Below are positions 19,123-28,306 of a DNA stretch of 64,000 nt, piece after piece; positions within the stretch are counted from its first letter, which is position 1, and each line of letters starts with the position of its first letter. Source of the stretch: an uncultured Gemmatimonadales bacterium (GTDB taxonomy: Bacteria > Gemmatimonadota > Gemmatimonadetes > Longimicrobiales > RSA9); NCBI GenBank assembly GCA_963798845.1, contig CAWCUS010000001.1, forward strand, positions 64,001 through 128,000. The letters are read 5' to 3'. The notes below the pieces were generated by a model. That model was given only the letters and a program-made list of their open reading frames with translations, ran no database searches and was not told the origin of the DNA. A program made the position numbers and the translations under genes.

Positions 19123-21282
19123 TCACGGCGACGGGGCCGGGTCCACTCGTGACGGCGGTGTCCGCGGCAGATCGAGCGTGAACGTGCTCCCCTGCCCCAG
19201 CTCGCTATGGAGGTGCACATCGCCTCCGAGCAGCCGCGCCAGGCGCCGCGCGACAGCGAGGCCGAGTCCGGTGCCGGCGATCCGGGCGCCCACCCCGCCG
19301 TCCACCTGCCAGTACGGCTCGAACACGTTCTCCCGGTTCTCCTCGGCGATCCCGGGTCCGGTATCGCGGACGCGGCAGAACACCCGTGCTTCGTCCGCCT
19401 CGAGCGTCAGCTCCACATGCCCCTGTCGCGTGTACTTGACCGCGTTCGAGAGCAGGTTGATGAGGATCTGGCGGACCTTGGGCGGGTCCGTCCGGAGCTG
19501 AAGCGGACCGTCGGGGAGGTCGACGCGCAGCGCCAGCCCGGCCGCGTCGGCCATCGGCCGAACCAGCTCCGCCATGTCCCCCACCAGCGCCACCAGCTCC
19601 GCGTCCGCGGGGCGGAAGCGCTCCCGCCCGGCCTCCATGCTCGCGAACGTCAGGATCTCGTCCACCAGGTAGGAGAGGTGCCGGACGCTCGCTTTGACGC
19701 GGTGCAGGTGGCCCCGCTGCTTCGCGTTCAGCGTCCCGTGCACTTCCGCGGTGAGGATGTCGGTGTAGCCGAGGATCGCGCTCAGGGGCGTGCGGAACTC
19801 GTGCGACACCACGGCCAGGAAGCTCGACTTGGCCTGGTCCGCGGTACGAGCCTGCTCGTAGAGGAGCGCGTTGTCCAGCGCCAGCGCGGCGCGCCACGCC
19901 ACCTCGCCCAGGAAATCCCGCTCCGCCTCCCTGTACCGCCCGCCGCTGCGCACCAGGGTCACCGCCCCCAGGGCGCGGTCGCGCGCCAGGAGCGGAAACG
20001 TCAGCCCCGACCGCGCAGCCAACGCCGCCAGCGTCGCCCGCGACGCCCGCTCGTCCGCGGCCGCTTCCAGCGGAAGGTCGTCTCCTTCCCCGACCGTCAC
20101 CGGCGACCGCTCGCGCAGCGCGACCGAGACCGCGTGCTCCGCGGTCATGTCCACGCTGCCGCTCGTGAGCGGCGCTACCATTTCTCCGCAGGCGGGGTCC
20201 GCATGCGCCGCGGCCACCCGCTCCATCCCTCCGTTCCGCGTCACGCAGTATGCCACGCACCAGTCCGCGTAGCGGCCCACGAGCAGCTCCGTCAGCGACT
20301 GCAGGACCGACCGGGCTTCCAGGGAACCATGCAGGGTGCGCGTCGCTTCTTCGAGGAACGCGCGTCGCTCATCCTCCGCCCGCTCCTCGGTGACATCGTA
20401 GAGCGTGGCCACGGCCGCGAGCTGACGACCCTGACTGTCCCGCACAGCTGTGGAGCTCATGTGCGCGATCCCGACGCTGCCGTCGCCCCGCCGGATCGCC
20501 ACGTCCTCCCCCCGTACCGTCTCCCCCCGCGTCACCGACCTCGCCAGTGGCCATGCCGACGGCGGCAGCGGCGCCCCTCGCTCATCCAGACCGCCCCATT
20601 CCCGGTAATCGGACAGTGATGCCGCGTTCTCGACCGGGCGACGCCAGATCGCCGACACCTGCGGGTTGGACAGCACCACCCGCCCACTCGGGACGTCCGC
20701 CAGCAGCACGCCGGCCGGCATCTGATTCACCAGCGACTCCAGCACGGACCGATCTGCTTCGAGCCGCCGGAGCAGCTCCACGCGATCCGTTTCGGTCCAC
20801 TCCCTCCAGACCGCAAACGCCAGGTACAATGCCGCCGCCAATGCCAGCCGCACCGCCCTCGCACCGAACGGACGCGCTTCCTCCCGGAGCAGCAGGATCT
20901 CCCCCACGAGGCCGCCATGGTGCAGCAGCGGGATGCACGCCATCGATTGGATTCCCGCCGACACCAGCACGTCTCGTATTACCGCCGCCCTCGGATCCTC
21001 CGCCACCGCATCCACCACCACGGGCTCGGCGCCACGGGCGCCGGCCGGCCACGGCGCGAACCCCTCCAGGCCGTTCGCGCATTCGGACGACACGGCCACG
21101 GCCGCGGCAATCCGCATGAGGCCGTCTTCCAGCAGCAGGAGAACCCCGTGGCCCGCATCCGCCGCACAGCAGAGGGCGCTCAACGCCTCCCGCTGCACCA
21201 GGTCCATCGGATCGCGGCCCTGCACGCGGTCAGCAATGGACAGCAGCAGCTCGAGATCCGCCAGCTGTCTCTGATCCGCCAT
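19123..21282 (-). CDS. Sensor histidine kinase (GAF-PAS-GAF-HisKA-HATPase)
   Basis: SHEFRTPL, NLLSNAVKYT, DTGPGI, GTGLGL; GAF- and PAS-like N-terminal segments. Confidence 0.92.
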   Translation of the reverse strand: MADQRQLADLELLLSIADRVQGRDPMDLVQREALSALCCAADAGHGVLLLLEDGLMRIAAAVAVSSECANGLEGFAPWPAGARGAEPVVVDAVAEDPRAAVIRDVLVSAGIQSMACIPLLHHGGLVGEILLLREEARPFGARAVRLALAAALYLAFAVWREWTETDRVELLRRLEADRSVLESLVNQMPAGVLLADVPSGRVVLSNPQVSAIWRRPVENAASLSDYREWGGLDERGAPLPPSAWPLARSVTRGETVRGEDVAIRRGDGSVGIAHMSSTAVRDSQGRQLAAVATLYDVTEERAEDERRAFLEEATRTLHGSLEARSVLQSLTELLVGRYADWCVAYCVTRNGGMERVAAAHADPACGEMVAPLTSGSVDMTAEHAVSVALRERSPVTVGEGDDLPLEAAADERASRATLAALAARSGLTFPLLARDRALGAVTLVRSGGRYREAERDFLGEVAWRAALALDNALLYEQARTADQAKSSFLAVVSHEFRTPLSAILGYTDILTAEVHGTLNAKQRGHLHRVKASVRHLSYLVDEILTFASMEAGRERFRPADAELVALVGDMAELVRPMADAAGLALRVDLPDGPLQLRTDPPKVRQILINLLSNAVKYTRQGHVELTLEADEARVFCRVRDTGPGIAEENRENVFEPYWQVDGGVGARIAGTGLGLAVARRLARLLGGDVHLHSELGQGSTFTLDLPRTPPSRVDPAPSP

Positions 21283-21593
21283 GAGATCGGAACCCTGTCA
21301 GCGCCGGACACGATCAAAGAGAGAGGAGCCGGGCAGCAGCCTCTCAATGCCGGAAGGGAATGGTAGGTGAAGACCAATATTGTATCCGCTCAGTGGGCCC
21401 GGCAATAGCGGTTCTTCTGTCTCTTGGTGGCCAAGGCGAGGCAATTCCGCTGCACCCCTGACGTCGGGGCACGGGGATTCGGGTTCCGGCCACGGGCAGT
21501 ATGTTGGGAGCATTACCATTCGACGCGCGGGCCGAGGCGTGCGCCCGTCGCCTGCGGTCCGGAGCATTCGTCCGGCATTCCACGCCCGAACCA

Positions 21594-22940
21594 ATGCCAG
21601 AATCAGCCCCAACTGGACGTAAGCGTGCAGCTCGCACCGGTGGCGCCGCTGCGTCCCGGCGGCGCCGGGCCAAGACCAGGAGGGATCTGGTTTTCGCTTT
21701 CGGTGCGCAGGGGGCCTTCAAGGTCGGTGGTTACGTCATCCTGGCGCTGCTGGCTCGCAATCTCCCCCGGGAGGCGTTCGGCCAGTTCCTGTATTTGACG
21801 GCCCTGGCGACGCTGCTGGTCCTGTTCACCGAGCTGGGCACCAGCAACCACCTCATCCGGACGACGGCACAGGATCCGCCGAGGGCTGCCTCGGCCTACG
21901 CGGACGTGGTGCTCACGCGCATCCCGCTCGTGGTTCTCATGGTGCTGGGCATGGGGGCATTCGTCCGTGTCACCCAGCCGACGCTCTTCTGGGCGGCAGT
22001 GGTGATTGCGGCGTCCGCCGGGTTGAAGGACCTGAACCGCAGCTCCACCGCCGTGCTGTACGGGCTCCGACAGGTCACTTCGGCTCAGTTCCTGTTCGGC
22101 GGGGGCCTGCTGTTCGCGGTGCTCCTGATCCTGCTCGCCGTGCACAATGGCGCCGACCTCCACGAGGTGGTGCTCGTCTATCTCGCCTGGGGGGCAGCGC
22201 TTTTCCTGGGCGGGCTCGCCGTTGTGCGCTGGCGCGTGGGCCCCTCGCCATGGCGACGGGCACGGCCCCGCTTGCGCCAGCTGATCGGGGTCTCGCTCCC
22301 GCTGTTCGCGGTGGACCTGCTGGCGCTGGTCCACTTCAAGGTCGACACAGTGATGCTCGGGCTGCTCCGGCCCATGAGCAATGTGGCGGCCTACGAGTCG
22401 GCGGCGCGGCTGCTGGAGGCCTCGCAGTTCCTCGTGCGGCCGTTGACGGTCGTCTTCTTCCCGCTCCTGGCATCCATGGTATGGGAGGGACACGATATGC
22501 GGGGAATCCGTCGCGTGATCCTGCGTCTGGTGGGGATCGTGACGCTGGTGGGGGTGGCGATGGCGGTGAGCGTCGGGATCCTCGCTTCGTGGATCGTGCC
22601 CGCCGTGTTCGGCCCCGGATTCGCGACCTCGGTGCCTCTGCTCCGGATCCTGTTCCTGAGCGTGCCCGGGCTGTATGTGGCGGTCGTGGCGATGTTCAGC
22701 GGCAACGCGCTACACGTCGAGCGCGCGACCGTGCGGATGCTGGCGTGGGCGGTGGCCCTCAACGTAGGGCTCAACCTCGCGGCCATCCCCGCGTACGGTC
22801 CCACGGGCGCGGCCTGGGCCACGGTGGTTTCGCAGGGTGCGCTGGCCATAGCGTTGGTGCTGACGGTCATGCGTCCGGCAGCGCACGGTTCCCCGCGCGC
22901 CCCCGAGCCGGCGCTGCGACGGGAGGAAGGGCTCGCCTGA
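21594..22940 (+). CDS. Polysaccharide flippase (Wzx/MOP family)
   Basis: LARNL..EAFG, ELG, KVDTVMLG, YESAARL, NVGLN...YGPTGAAWAT; about 12 TMs; start uncertain. Confidence 0.85.
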   Translation: MPESAPTGRKRAARTGGAAASRRRRAKTRRDLVFAFGAQGAFKVGGYVILALLARNLPREAFGQFLYLTALATLLVLFTELGTSNHLIRTTAQDPPRAASAYADVVLTRIPLVVLMVLGMGAFVRVTQPTLFWAAVVIAASAGLKDLNRSSTAVLYGLRQVTSAQFLFGGGLLFAVLLILLAVHNGADLHEVVLVYLAWGAALFLGGLAVVRWRVGPSPWRRARPRLRQLIGVSLPLFAVDLLALVHFKVDTVMLGLLRPMSNVAAYESAARLLEASQFLVRPLTVVFFPLLASMVWEGHDMRGIRRVILRLVGIVTLVGVAMAVSVGILASWIVPAVFGPGFATSVPLLRILFLSVPGLYVAVVAMFSGNALHVERATVRMLAWAVALNVGLNLAAIPAYGPTGAAWATVVSQGALAIALVLTVMRPAAHGSPRAPEPALRREEGLA

Positions 22941-22963
22941 CGCGGCCCTGTGCCTCGCAGCTG

Positions 22964-24529
22964 TCAGGTGCCGGCGGATTCCCGGCCTGCGTGGCTCTCC
23001 ACGAGCGCGGGGATGGGGCGCCCTTCGAAGGACTCGGGCTGGTGCGCTCCGAGCCAGTGAAACACGGTGGGCATGATGTCCAGGGTGTCGCGAATCTCGG
23101 GATCGGGCCCGGGGGCGATGCCGGGGCCCGCGGCCGCGTACCAGCCCCGGCGCGTGTGGTTGCCGGGGCGGCCGGACGGGAGCCGGTGCTCCTCGCCCAG
23201 CCGGATCTCGCCGAACCGGGACACCACGCCAGGTGAGCCGTACGCCCGGACATCGGACCACCGGATGATCAGGTCCGGAAGCATCCACCGCCTGGGCGCG
23301 TCGCGTCCGACGAGATCGTCCACCCGGTCCACGCCTTCCACGATCGGCTCACCCGTCTTCAGGTCACGGAAGGTGAGGAACGCCTCCGTCAGCTCGTCGA
23401 GCAGGGCCTCGTATTCCGCCCCCGGATCCACGATCCCCGCCGCGTCCCGACCCCGTACGTTGATCCGCAGATACCCGTTCAGGTCCACGGGCAGGGCGAA
23501 AAAGCGCGTGGCAGACCAGTCGAGCATCCGCCGGGACCAGAGAGGCACGAGGGCATGGTTCACGGAGCTCGGTAGCCGCCGGGTCACCTGGCGGACCACC
23601 TTCCACGGCAGCGCCTTCTTGAGACGGTAGACCAGACCCTGCCTGGGCGCCGCTGTCTGCCCGCGATCGTGCACCTGCGCCACCATCCTGGGGAAGAAGT
23701 CCGCCCAGCCGCGGTTGGGACCCATCCCGTGAAGCCCGAACGTCATGATCCGCGCTCCGGCCGGGGCGGCGGCGATCACCCTACCGAGCGCCGCATCCCA
23801 CAGCCGGTACAGCTCCCGCGGCGCCCCCTTCAGCAGCTCGAGCGTCCGCGAGTCGACCCCGGAGGTGTCCACCTCCTCCAGGTTCCAGAGGTAGTGAGTG
23901 GCGCGGTGGGCACCACCGAACACGGCGATCATGAGATCCCATTCCTCGCGGCGCAGCATGTACTCGCAGATGGCCCCGAACTGCTCCAGCGATTCGATGC
24001 CCTCGCGCCGCTGTTGCAGCAGCGTGCGGACCGTCTGTGGCCCGAAGACTTCCGGCTTCAGAGCCGGCGGACCGAAGCGCTTCGTGAGCTCGCGCCAGAG
24101 GGAATCGGGCCGGGTCGCGCGGCCGAAGTCGTCGTGCGCCTGCCAGCCGTTGAGGAACACACCGTTGATATCGATGTCCGGTGTGGCCATGAACGGGATA
24201 TCCAGCAGCGCCACGCGGGCGTCCCGCGGAAGGTCGTGGTAGAAGGCCCGATAGGGCAGCCAGTCCGGACTGGCGTACTGGAGCTGCTGGCGTTCGGGGT
24301 TCCACAGCTTGTTGAAGTACCAGCCATGGTGGCCCAGGGGCTGCCCGGTGAAGAAGGTCGGCCAGACCATGCTCAGGAACCCTTCCGGCCGGGTCCTCAC
24401 CTCGCCCCAGGCACCCCGCTCCCTGAGCGCCGCCAGATTCGGCAGCTCCCCCGCTTGCAGCATGGAATCCACGAGCGTGATCTCGGTGGCGTCCATGCCC
24501 AGGAGAATCACTGGTCCGCCTGATGTCAC
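22964..24529 (-). CDS. Alkaline phosphatase superfamily protein (type I phosphodiesterase/nucleotide pyrophosphatase-like)
   Basis: LLGMDA, LPNL, WPTFFTG, H..TH, HGMG, GNH...G, DIMPT; GTG start coupled to upstream stop. Confidence 0.82.
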   Translation of the reverse strand: MTSGGPVILLGMDATEITLVDSMLQAGELPNLAALRERGAWGEVRTRPEGFLSMVWPTFFTGQPLGHHGWYFNKLWNPERQQLQYASPDWLPYRAFYHDLPRDARVALLDIPFMATPDIDINGVFLNGWQAHDDFGRATRPDSLWRELTKRFGPPALKPEVFGPQTVRTLLQQRREGIESLEQFGAICEYMLRREEWDLMIAVFGGAHRATHYLWNLEEVDTSGVDSRTLELLKGAPRELYRLWDAALGRVIAAAPAGARIMTFGLHGMGPNRGWADFFPRMVAQVHDRGQTAAPRQGLVYRLKKALPWKVVRQVTRRLPSSVNHALVPLWSRRMLDWSATRFFALPVDLNGYLRINVRGRDAAGIVDPGAEYEALLDELTEAFLTFRDLKTGEPIVEGVDRVDDLVGRDAPRRWMLPDLIIRWSDVRAYGSPGVVSRFGEIRLGEEHRLPSGRPGNHTRRGWYAAAGPGIAPGPDPEIRDTLDIMPTVFHWLGAHQPESFEGRPIPALVESHAGRESAGT

Positions 24530-25632
24530 CACTCCTCCTCTTGATCGGGGGATCGACGGTCCGGCTCGCCCGCCGGCACCGCCACCGCTCGGCCTTCCGA
24601 CCGCAGGCTCTCGCGGCACGCCTCCACGGCATGGACGGCGCGGAGCCCATCCAGCGGATCCGCGCCGCCGAGACCCGCGCTCCCATCCAGCCGCATGGCC
24701 AGGTCGCTCAGCTGCTTGACCAGGCTGCGCCGTGTGTGCGTCGGCCGACGAACCAGTCGGGCGACGACGGAGTCCGCCACCGCTCCCGCCTTCGCCACCG
24801 TGCGCCGCAACCGCGCAGGAGAGGCCCAACCCGGCAGGACCCCGCCCGCGTGAGCGAATCGCGTGCCGGTGTCCGTGCTCACGGCCACCCACTCCACGTA
24901 CTCTCTCCCGCGACCGACCCGGATGTGGGCCGGAAAGCCGCCTTCGAGCGTGGCGCTCAGCTCCAGGCTTCGCCCGTCCGGGCCTGCGATCGCCCGCACT
25001 TCACGTAGCCGCCGTCGCGCCATCCACGGCACGAGGTCCAGCGCGTGACACCCGAGGTCGTCCAGGAGATCGTCGCCGGCAGGATCCCGGCTCCAGCGCC
25101 GGGCATCACCGATCAGCGTCATCTCGATCGAGCGGGGGCGCGCGTTCGTGGAAGCGGACCGAAGGGCGAGATACGGGCCACGGTGCCGCCGATTGTAGCC
25201 CACGAGAACCGGCCGGCCGGCGCGCCGCCAGGCCGCCACCACCGCTTCGGCTCCTTCCACGTCGGGGGCCAGCGGCTTTTCCACCAGCACGGCCACTCCC
25301 CCCTCCAGGCACGCCACGGCCAGGTCTGCGTGGGACGAGGGCGGCGTGAGAACGAGGACGGCATCAATGTCACCGGCCCCGAGCATGTCCTCCAGCCCCG
25401 ACGCGATCGCCGCCCCTGGGAACAAGGCGCGCGCACGCTCGGCTCGCTCGCCCGCCGGGTCATGGATGCGCCGGACCTGCCACCGCGGGTGCCCCTGAAG
25501 CGCCGGGTGGTGGAGACGCTGGAATACGCCGCCGGCGCCGAGCACGCCCAGCCGGTACGCCCCCTCGTCGTTCGGGGCACCGACGCGAGAGGGAAGCGCG
25601 TTCCCCGGATCTGCATCCCGCCTCATGCACAC
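24526..25632 (-). CDS. Gfo/Idh/MocA-family oxidoreductase
   Basis: GVLGAGG, TPP..H, VLVEKP, GYNRR, DLGCHALD; start uncertain. Confidence 0.85.
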   Translation of the reverse strand: MCMRRDADPGNALPSRVGAPNDEGAYRLGVLGAGGVFQRLHHPALQGHPRWQVRRIHDPAGERAERARALFPGAAIASGLEDMLGAGDIDAVLVLTPPSSHADLAVACLEGGVAVLVEKPLAPDVEGAEAVVAAWRRAGRPVLVGYNRRHRGPYLALRSASTNARPRSIEMTLIGDARRWSRDPAGDDLLDDLGCHALDLVPWMARRRLREVRAIAGPDGRSLELSATLEGGFPAHIRVGRGREYVEWVAVSTDTGTRFAHAGGVLPGWASPARLRRTVAKAGAVADSVVARLVRRPTHTRRSLVKQLSDLAMRLDGSAGLGGADPLDGLRAVHAVEACRESLRSEGRAVAVPAGEPDRRSPDQEEEW

Positions 25633-25789
25633 GACCTTTCAACGGATCGCACGTCAGCCCGGCTTCCTGCCGGTGACACCGCCGCAGGATTGCATCGGGC
25701 GGGGCGCCCCGGCAACGCTGGCGAGCACCGGCTGCGGATGGTAGGCCGTCGATCAGGCTGGCCTGGAAGCGACGGAGGTTGATGCACTG

Positions 25790-25821
25790 GGGGCCCGGAC
25801 GGCTGCAGCCGTCCGGGCCCC
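25790..25821. repeat. Perfect 32-bp palindrome
   Basis: GGGGCCCGGACGGCTG|CAGCCGTCCGGGCCCC, 20 nt past the erpA stop. Confidence 0.85.
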
Positions 25822-25841
25822 GAAAACGACAAGGGGAGCGC

Positions 25842-26171
25842 TCAGACCGTGAAGGAGCTGCCGCAGCCGCAGCCGCCCGTCGCGTTCGGGTTCTTGAAGG
25901 TGAAGCCCGCGCCCATCATGGTGGTGACGTAGTCGATCTCGACGCCATCCAGGTACTGACCGCTGAACGGATCGACGAACAGGCGGAGCCCGTTGATGTC
26001 GACCACATCGTCGTCGCCCTGGGGCTCGTCCTCAATGTTGAGTCCGTACTGGAAACCGGAGCACCCGCCCGGGAGGACGGCGACCCGCAGGCCGGCCGTG
26101 TCCGCTGCGCCCTGCTCCTCCATGAACTTCTGCACCTCCGCCACCGCGTTGGGCGTGACCGTTATGGTCAT
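25842..26171 (-). CDS. erpA: Fe-S cluster insertion A-type carrier (ErpA/IscA/HesB family)
   Basis: GGCSGFQY, IDY, F.F.NPNATGGCGCGSSF; AGGAGG RBS. Confidence 0.9.
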   Translation of the reverse strand: MTITVTPNAVAEVQKFMEEQGAADTAGLRVAVLPGGCSGFQYGLNIEDEPQGDDDVVDINGLRLFVDPFSGQYLDGVEIDYVTTMMGAGFTFKNPNATGGCGCGSSFTV

Positions 26172-26247
26172 GGCTCCTCCTGCTCGTTTGCCGTTCAGTG
26201 ATCCGACGCAACCGTGTACCCCATTACGGGGTGCAGGTTTCGCGCCT

Positions 26248-26276
26248 ACTCTACCCGAGACTCCCCGTGCTGTCAA
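26248..26276 (-). promoter_or_regulatory. Sigma70 promoter for erpA, overlapping the gmhB 3' end
   Basis: Minus strand TTGACA(26276-71)-N17-TAGAGT(26253-48). Confidence 0.65.
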
Positions 26277-26865
26277 CGCCGCCGGAGAGGCCCACGACCG
26301 CGGCGGCGGCGGCGCGGAGGTCGTCCACCACGAGCACCTCCCGCGGGGCCCCGGCCGCCTCCTCCTGGCCGTACCCGGTGCGCACCAGTACGGCGACACC
26401 GCCCCATTCTGCGGCCATGCTCACGTCGCGGAGCCGATCCCCAATGTAGACGGACCGTCCCAGGTCGAGACCGAGCTCCCGTGCGGCGAGGCGGAACAGC
26501 CCGGACGCAGGCTTGCGGCAGTCGCAAGGGCCCGTGATCTCGGGGTGATGCGGACAATGGTAGCTTCCGGTCACGTGGACTCGGTGAGCTCGGAGGCGGA
26601 GGAGCATCTCGTCCTGGACCGCGAGGTACGCGGCTTCGTCGTACAGGCCGCGGGCAATGCCGGATTGATTGCTCACCACGACCACTTTGTAGCCCGCGTC
26701 CTCGAACGCAGCCAGCCCCTCCGCGGCCCCGGGCAAAAGCTCGACACCCGCCGGGTCCGCGAGGTACTCCCGCTCCCGGATGATGGTGCCGTCCCGGTCC
26801 ACGAACACGGCTTGCCGCGCGCCGGGATGCCCGGGCTCGCGCGCCGCTGCAGCGGGCTCAGGCAT
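26251..26865 (-). CDS. gmhB: D,D-heptose 1,7-bisphosphate phosphatase (HAD IIIA)
   Basis: AVFVDRDGTI, SNQSGIARG, CPHHP..CDCRKP, IGDR..D. Confidence 0.88.
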   Translation of the reverse strand: MPEPAAAAREPGHPGARQAVFVDRDGTIIREREYLADPAGVELLPGAAEGLAAFEDAGYKVVVVSNQSGIARGLYDEAAYLAVQDEMLLRLRAHRVHVTGSYHCPHHPEITGPCDCRKPASGLFRLAARELGLDLGRSVYIGDRLRDVSMAAEWGGVAVLVRTGYGQEEAAGAPREVLVVDDLRAAAAAVVGLSGGVDSTGSLG

Positions 26866-28306
26866 CGGTGCTGCCGGCGTCGGGGAGCGCGGCGCGGATG
26901 GTCGCGGCGAGGGAGACCTCGTCCTCGGAGGCGATGGTCCGCGGATCCAGCAGCACACGGCCGTCCTGCACGCGCGCGATGACGGGCGGGTCCGACGCGC
27001 GCAGCGCCCGCGCCAGCGCGTCGGCTCCGTCTGCGGCTGGCTCCACCAGCACCACCGTCGTGGGCAGCTCGATGCCCGGTAGCGCGCCGCCTCCGACCGC
27101 GGAGCGCGCGGGTCCCGTCGTCGCCTCCACGCCGAGCGAACGGAGCCGCGCGGCCATGGCCTCCGCGCGAGCCTGCATCTCGTCGGCGGCCGCGGCCAGC
27201 ATCCGGAGCACGGGGATGTTCCGGACGGGGTCGCCCCCCGGGCGATAGAGGGCGAGGGTGGCCGCGAGCGCGGCGAGGGTCAGCTTGTCGGGGCGGAGCG
27301 CGCGGGCGAGCGGGTTCGCGCGCATGCGGGCAATGACGTCGTCGCTGCCGAGGAGAATCCCGGCCTGGGGCCCGCCCAGGAGCTTGTCCCCGCTCATCGT
27401 GACGACGTCGACGCCCTCGGCCACGGCTTCGGCGCCCGTGGTCTCGTGCGGGAGCCCGAGCGTCGCCAGGTCCAGCAGCGCGCCGGAGCCGAGGTCGTGG
27501 ACCACGGGCACGCCGCGCGCTCGGGCCAGCCTCACCAGCTCCGCAGCCGCGACCTCCGTCGTGAAGCCTTCCACCCGGAAGTTGGAGCGGTGTACCTTGA
27601 GCACGACGCCGGTTTCCGGCCCCAGCGCCGCCTCGTAGTCGCGCAGGTGGGTCCGGTTGGTCGTCCCGACCTCGCGCATCCGCACCCCGCTCCGCTCCAT
27701 GATCTCGGGGACCCGGAAGGACCCCCCGATCTCCACGAGCTCGCCCCGGCTGATCACCCCCTCACGGCCGCGCGCGAGCGTCTCGAGCGCCAGGAACAGC
27801 GCGGCCGCATTGTTGTTCACAACGAGCGCCGATTCCGCGCCGGTGAGCTCCCTGAGCAGCCCGGTGCAGTGGCCGTTTCTGGTCCCGCGACGCCCCTCCT
27901 CCAGGTCGTACTCCAGCGTGCCGTACCCGGCCGCCTGCACCATCGCCTGGATCGCCGCGGCTGCCAGAGGCGCGCGCCCGAGATTCGTGTGCAGCACCAC
28001 GCCCGTGGCGTTGATCACGCGCCGGAGAGAGGGCGAGTCTGCCCGCTTCAGCTTCGCCGCGACGGACGTGGCGAACCACGTGGCGTCGGCCACCTGGCCT
28101 CCCCCGAGGACGGCCTCGCCTGGGTCGGCGCCAAGCCCGGAAGCCTCAGCCCGACCGAGCCGCTCCCGCAACTCCGCCTGCACCTCCCGCAGCGCGCTCC
28201 CCGTCCGTTCCCGCCCCCAGCGCGCCACCACCGGAGCCAGGGTGGGGTCTTCCAGCAGCGACTCCACCGAAGGAATGCGCCGCCTCGGATCCGTCACCGC
28301 AGCCAT
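26858..28306 (-). CDS. selA: L-seryl-tRNA(Sec) selenium transferase
   Basis: VINATGVVLHTNLGRA, NNNAAA, SRGELVEIGGSFR, EVGTTNRT, SGDKLLGGPQAG. Confidence 0.95.
   Translation of the reverse strand: MAAVTDPRRRIPSVESLLEDPTLAPVVARWGRERTGSALREVQAELRERLGRAEASGLGADPGEAVLGGGQVADATWFATSVAAKLKRADSPSLRRVINATGVVLHTNLGRAPLAAAAIQAMVQAAGYGTLEYDLEEGRRGTRNGHCTGLLRELTGAESALVVNNNAAALFLALETLARGREGVISRGELVEIGGSFRVPEIMERSGVRMREVGTTNRTHLRDYEAALGPETGVVLKVHRSNFRVEGFTTEVAAAELVRLARARGVPVVHDLGSGALLDLATLGLPHETTGAEAVAEGVDVVTMSGDKLLGGPQAGILLGSDDVIARMRANPLARALRPDKLTLAALAATLALYRPGGDPVRNIPVLRMLAAAADEMQARAEAMAARLRSLGVEATTGPARSAVGGGALPGIELPTTVVLVEPAADGADALARALRASDPPVIARVQDGRVLLDPRTIASEDEVSLAATIRAALPDAGSTDA

Noticed and set aside
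21345..21470. AAGGGAA...GGTGAAGACC resembling the start of a cobalamin riboswitch
   Set aside because: No recognisable downstream conserved elements or B12 box, and the neighbouring genes are unrelated to B12; an Rfam scan would settle it
25842..26171. Possible selenoprotein (HesB-like or thioredoxin) given the nearby selA
   Set aside because: ErpA and TrxA use ordinary Cys codons; no in-frame UGA interrupts a recognisable domain
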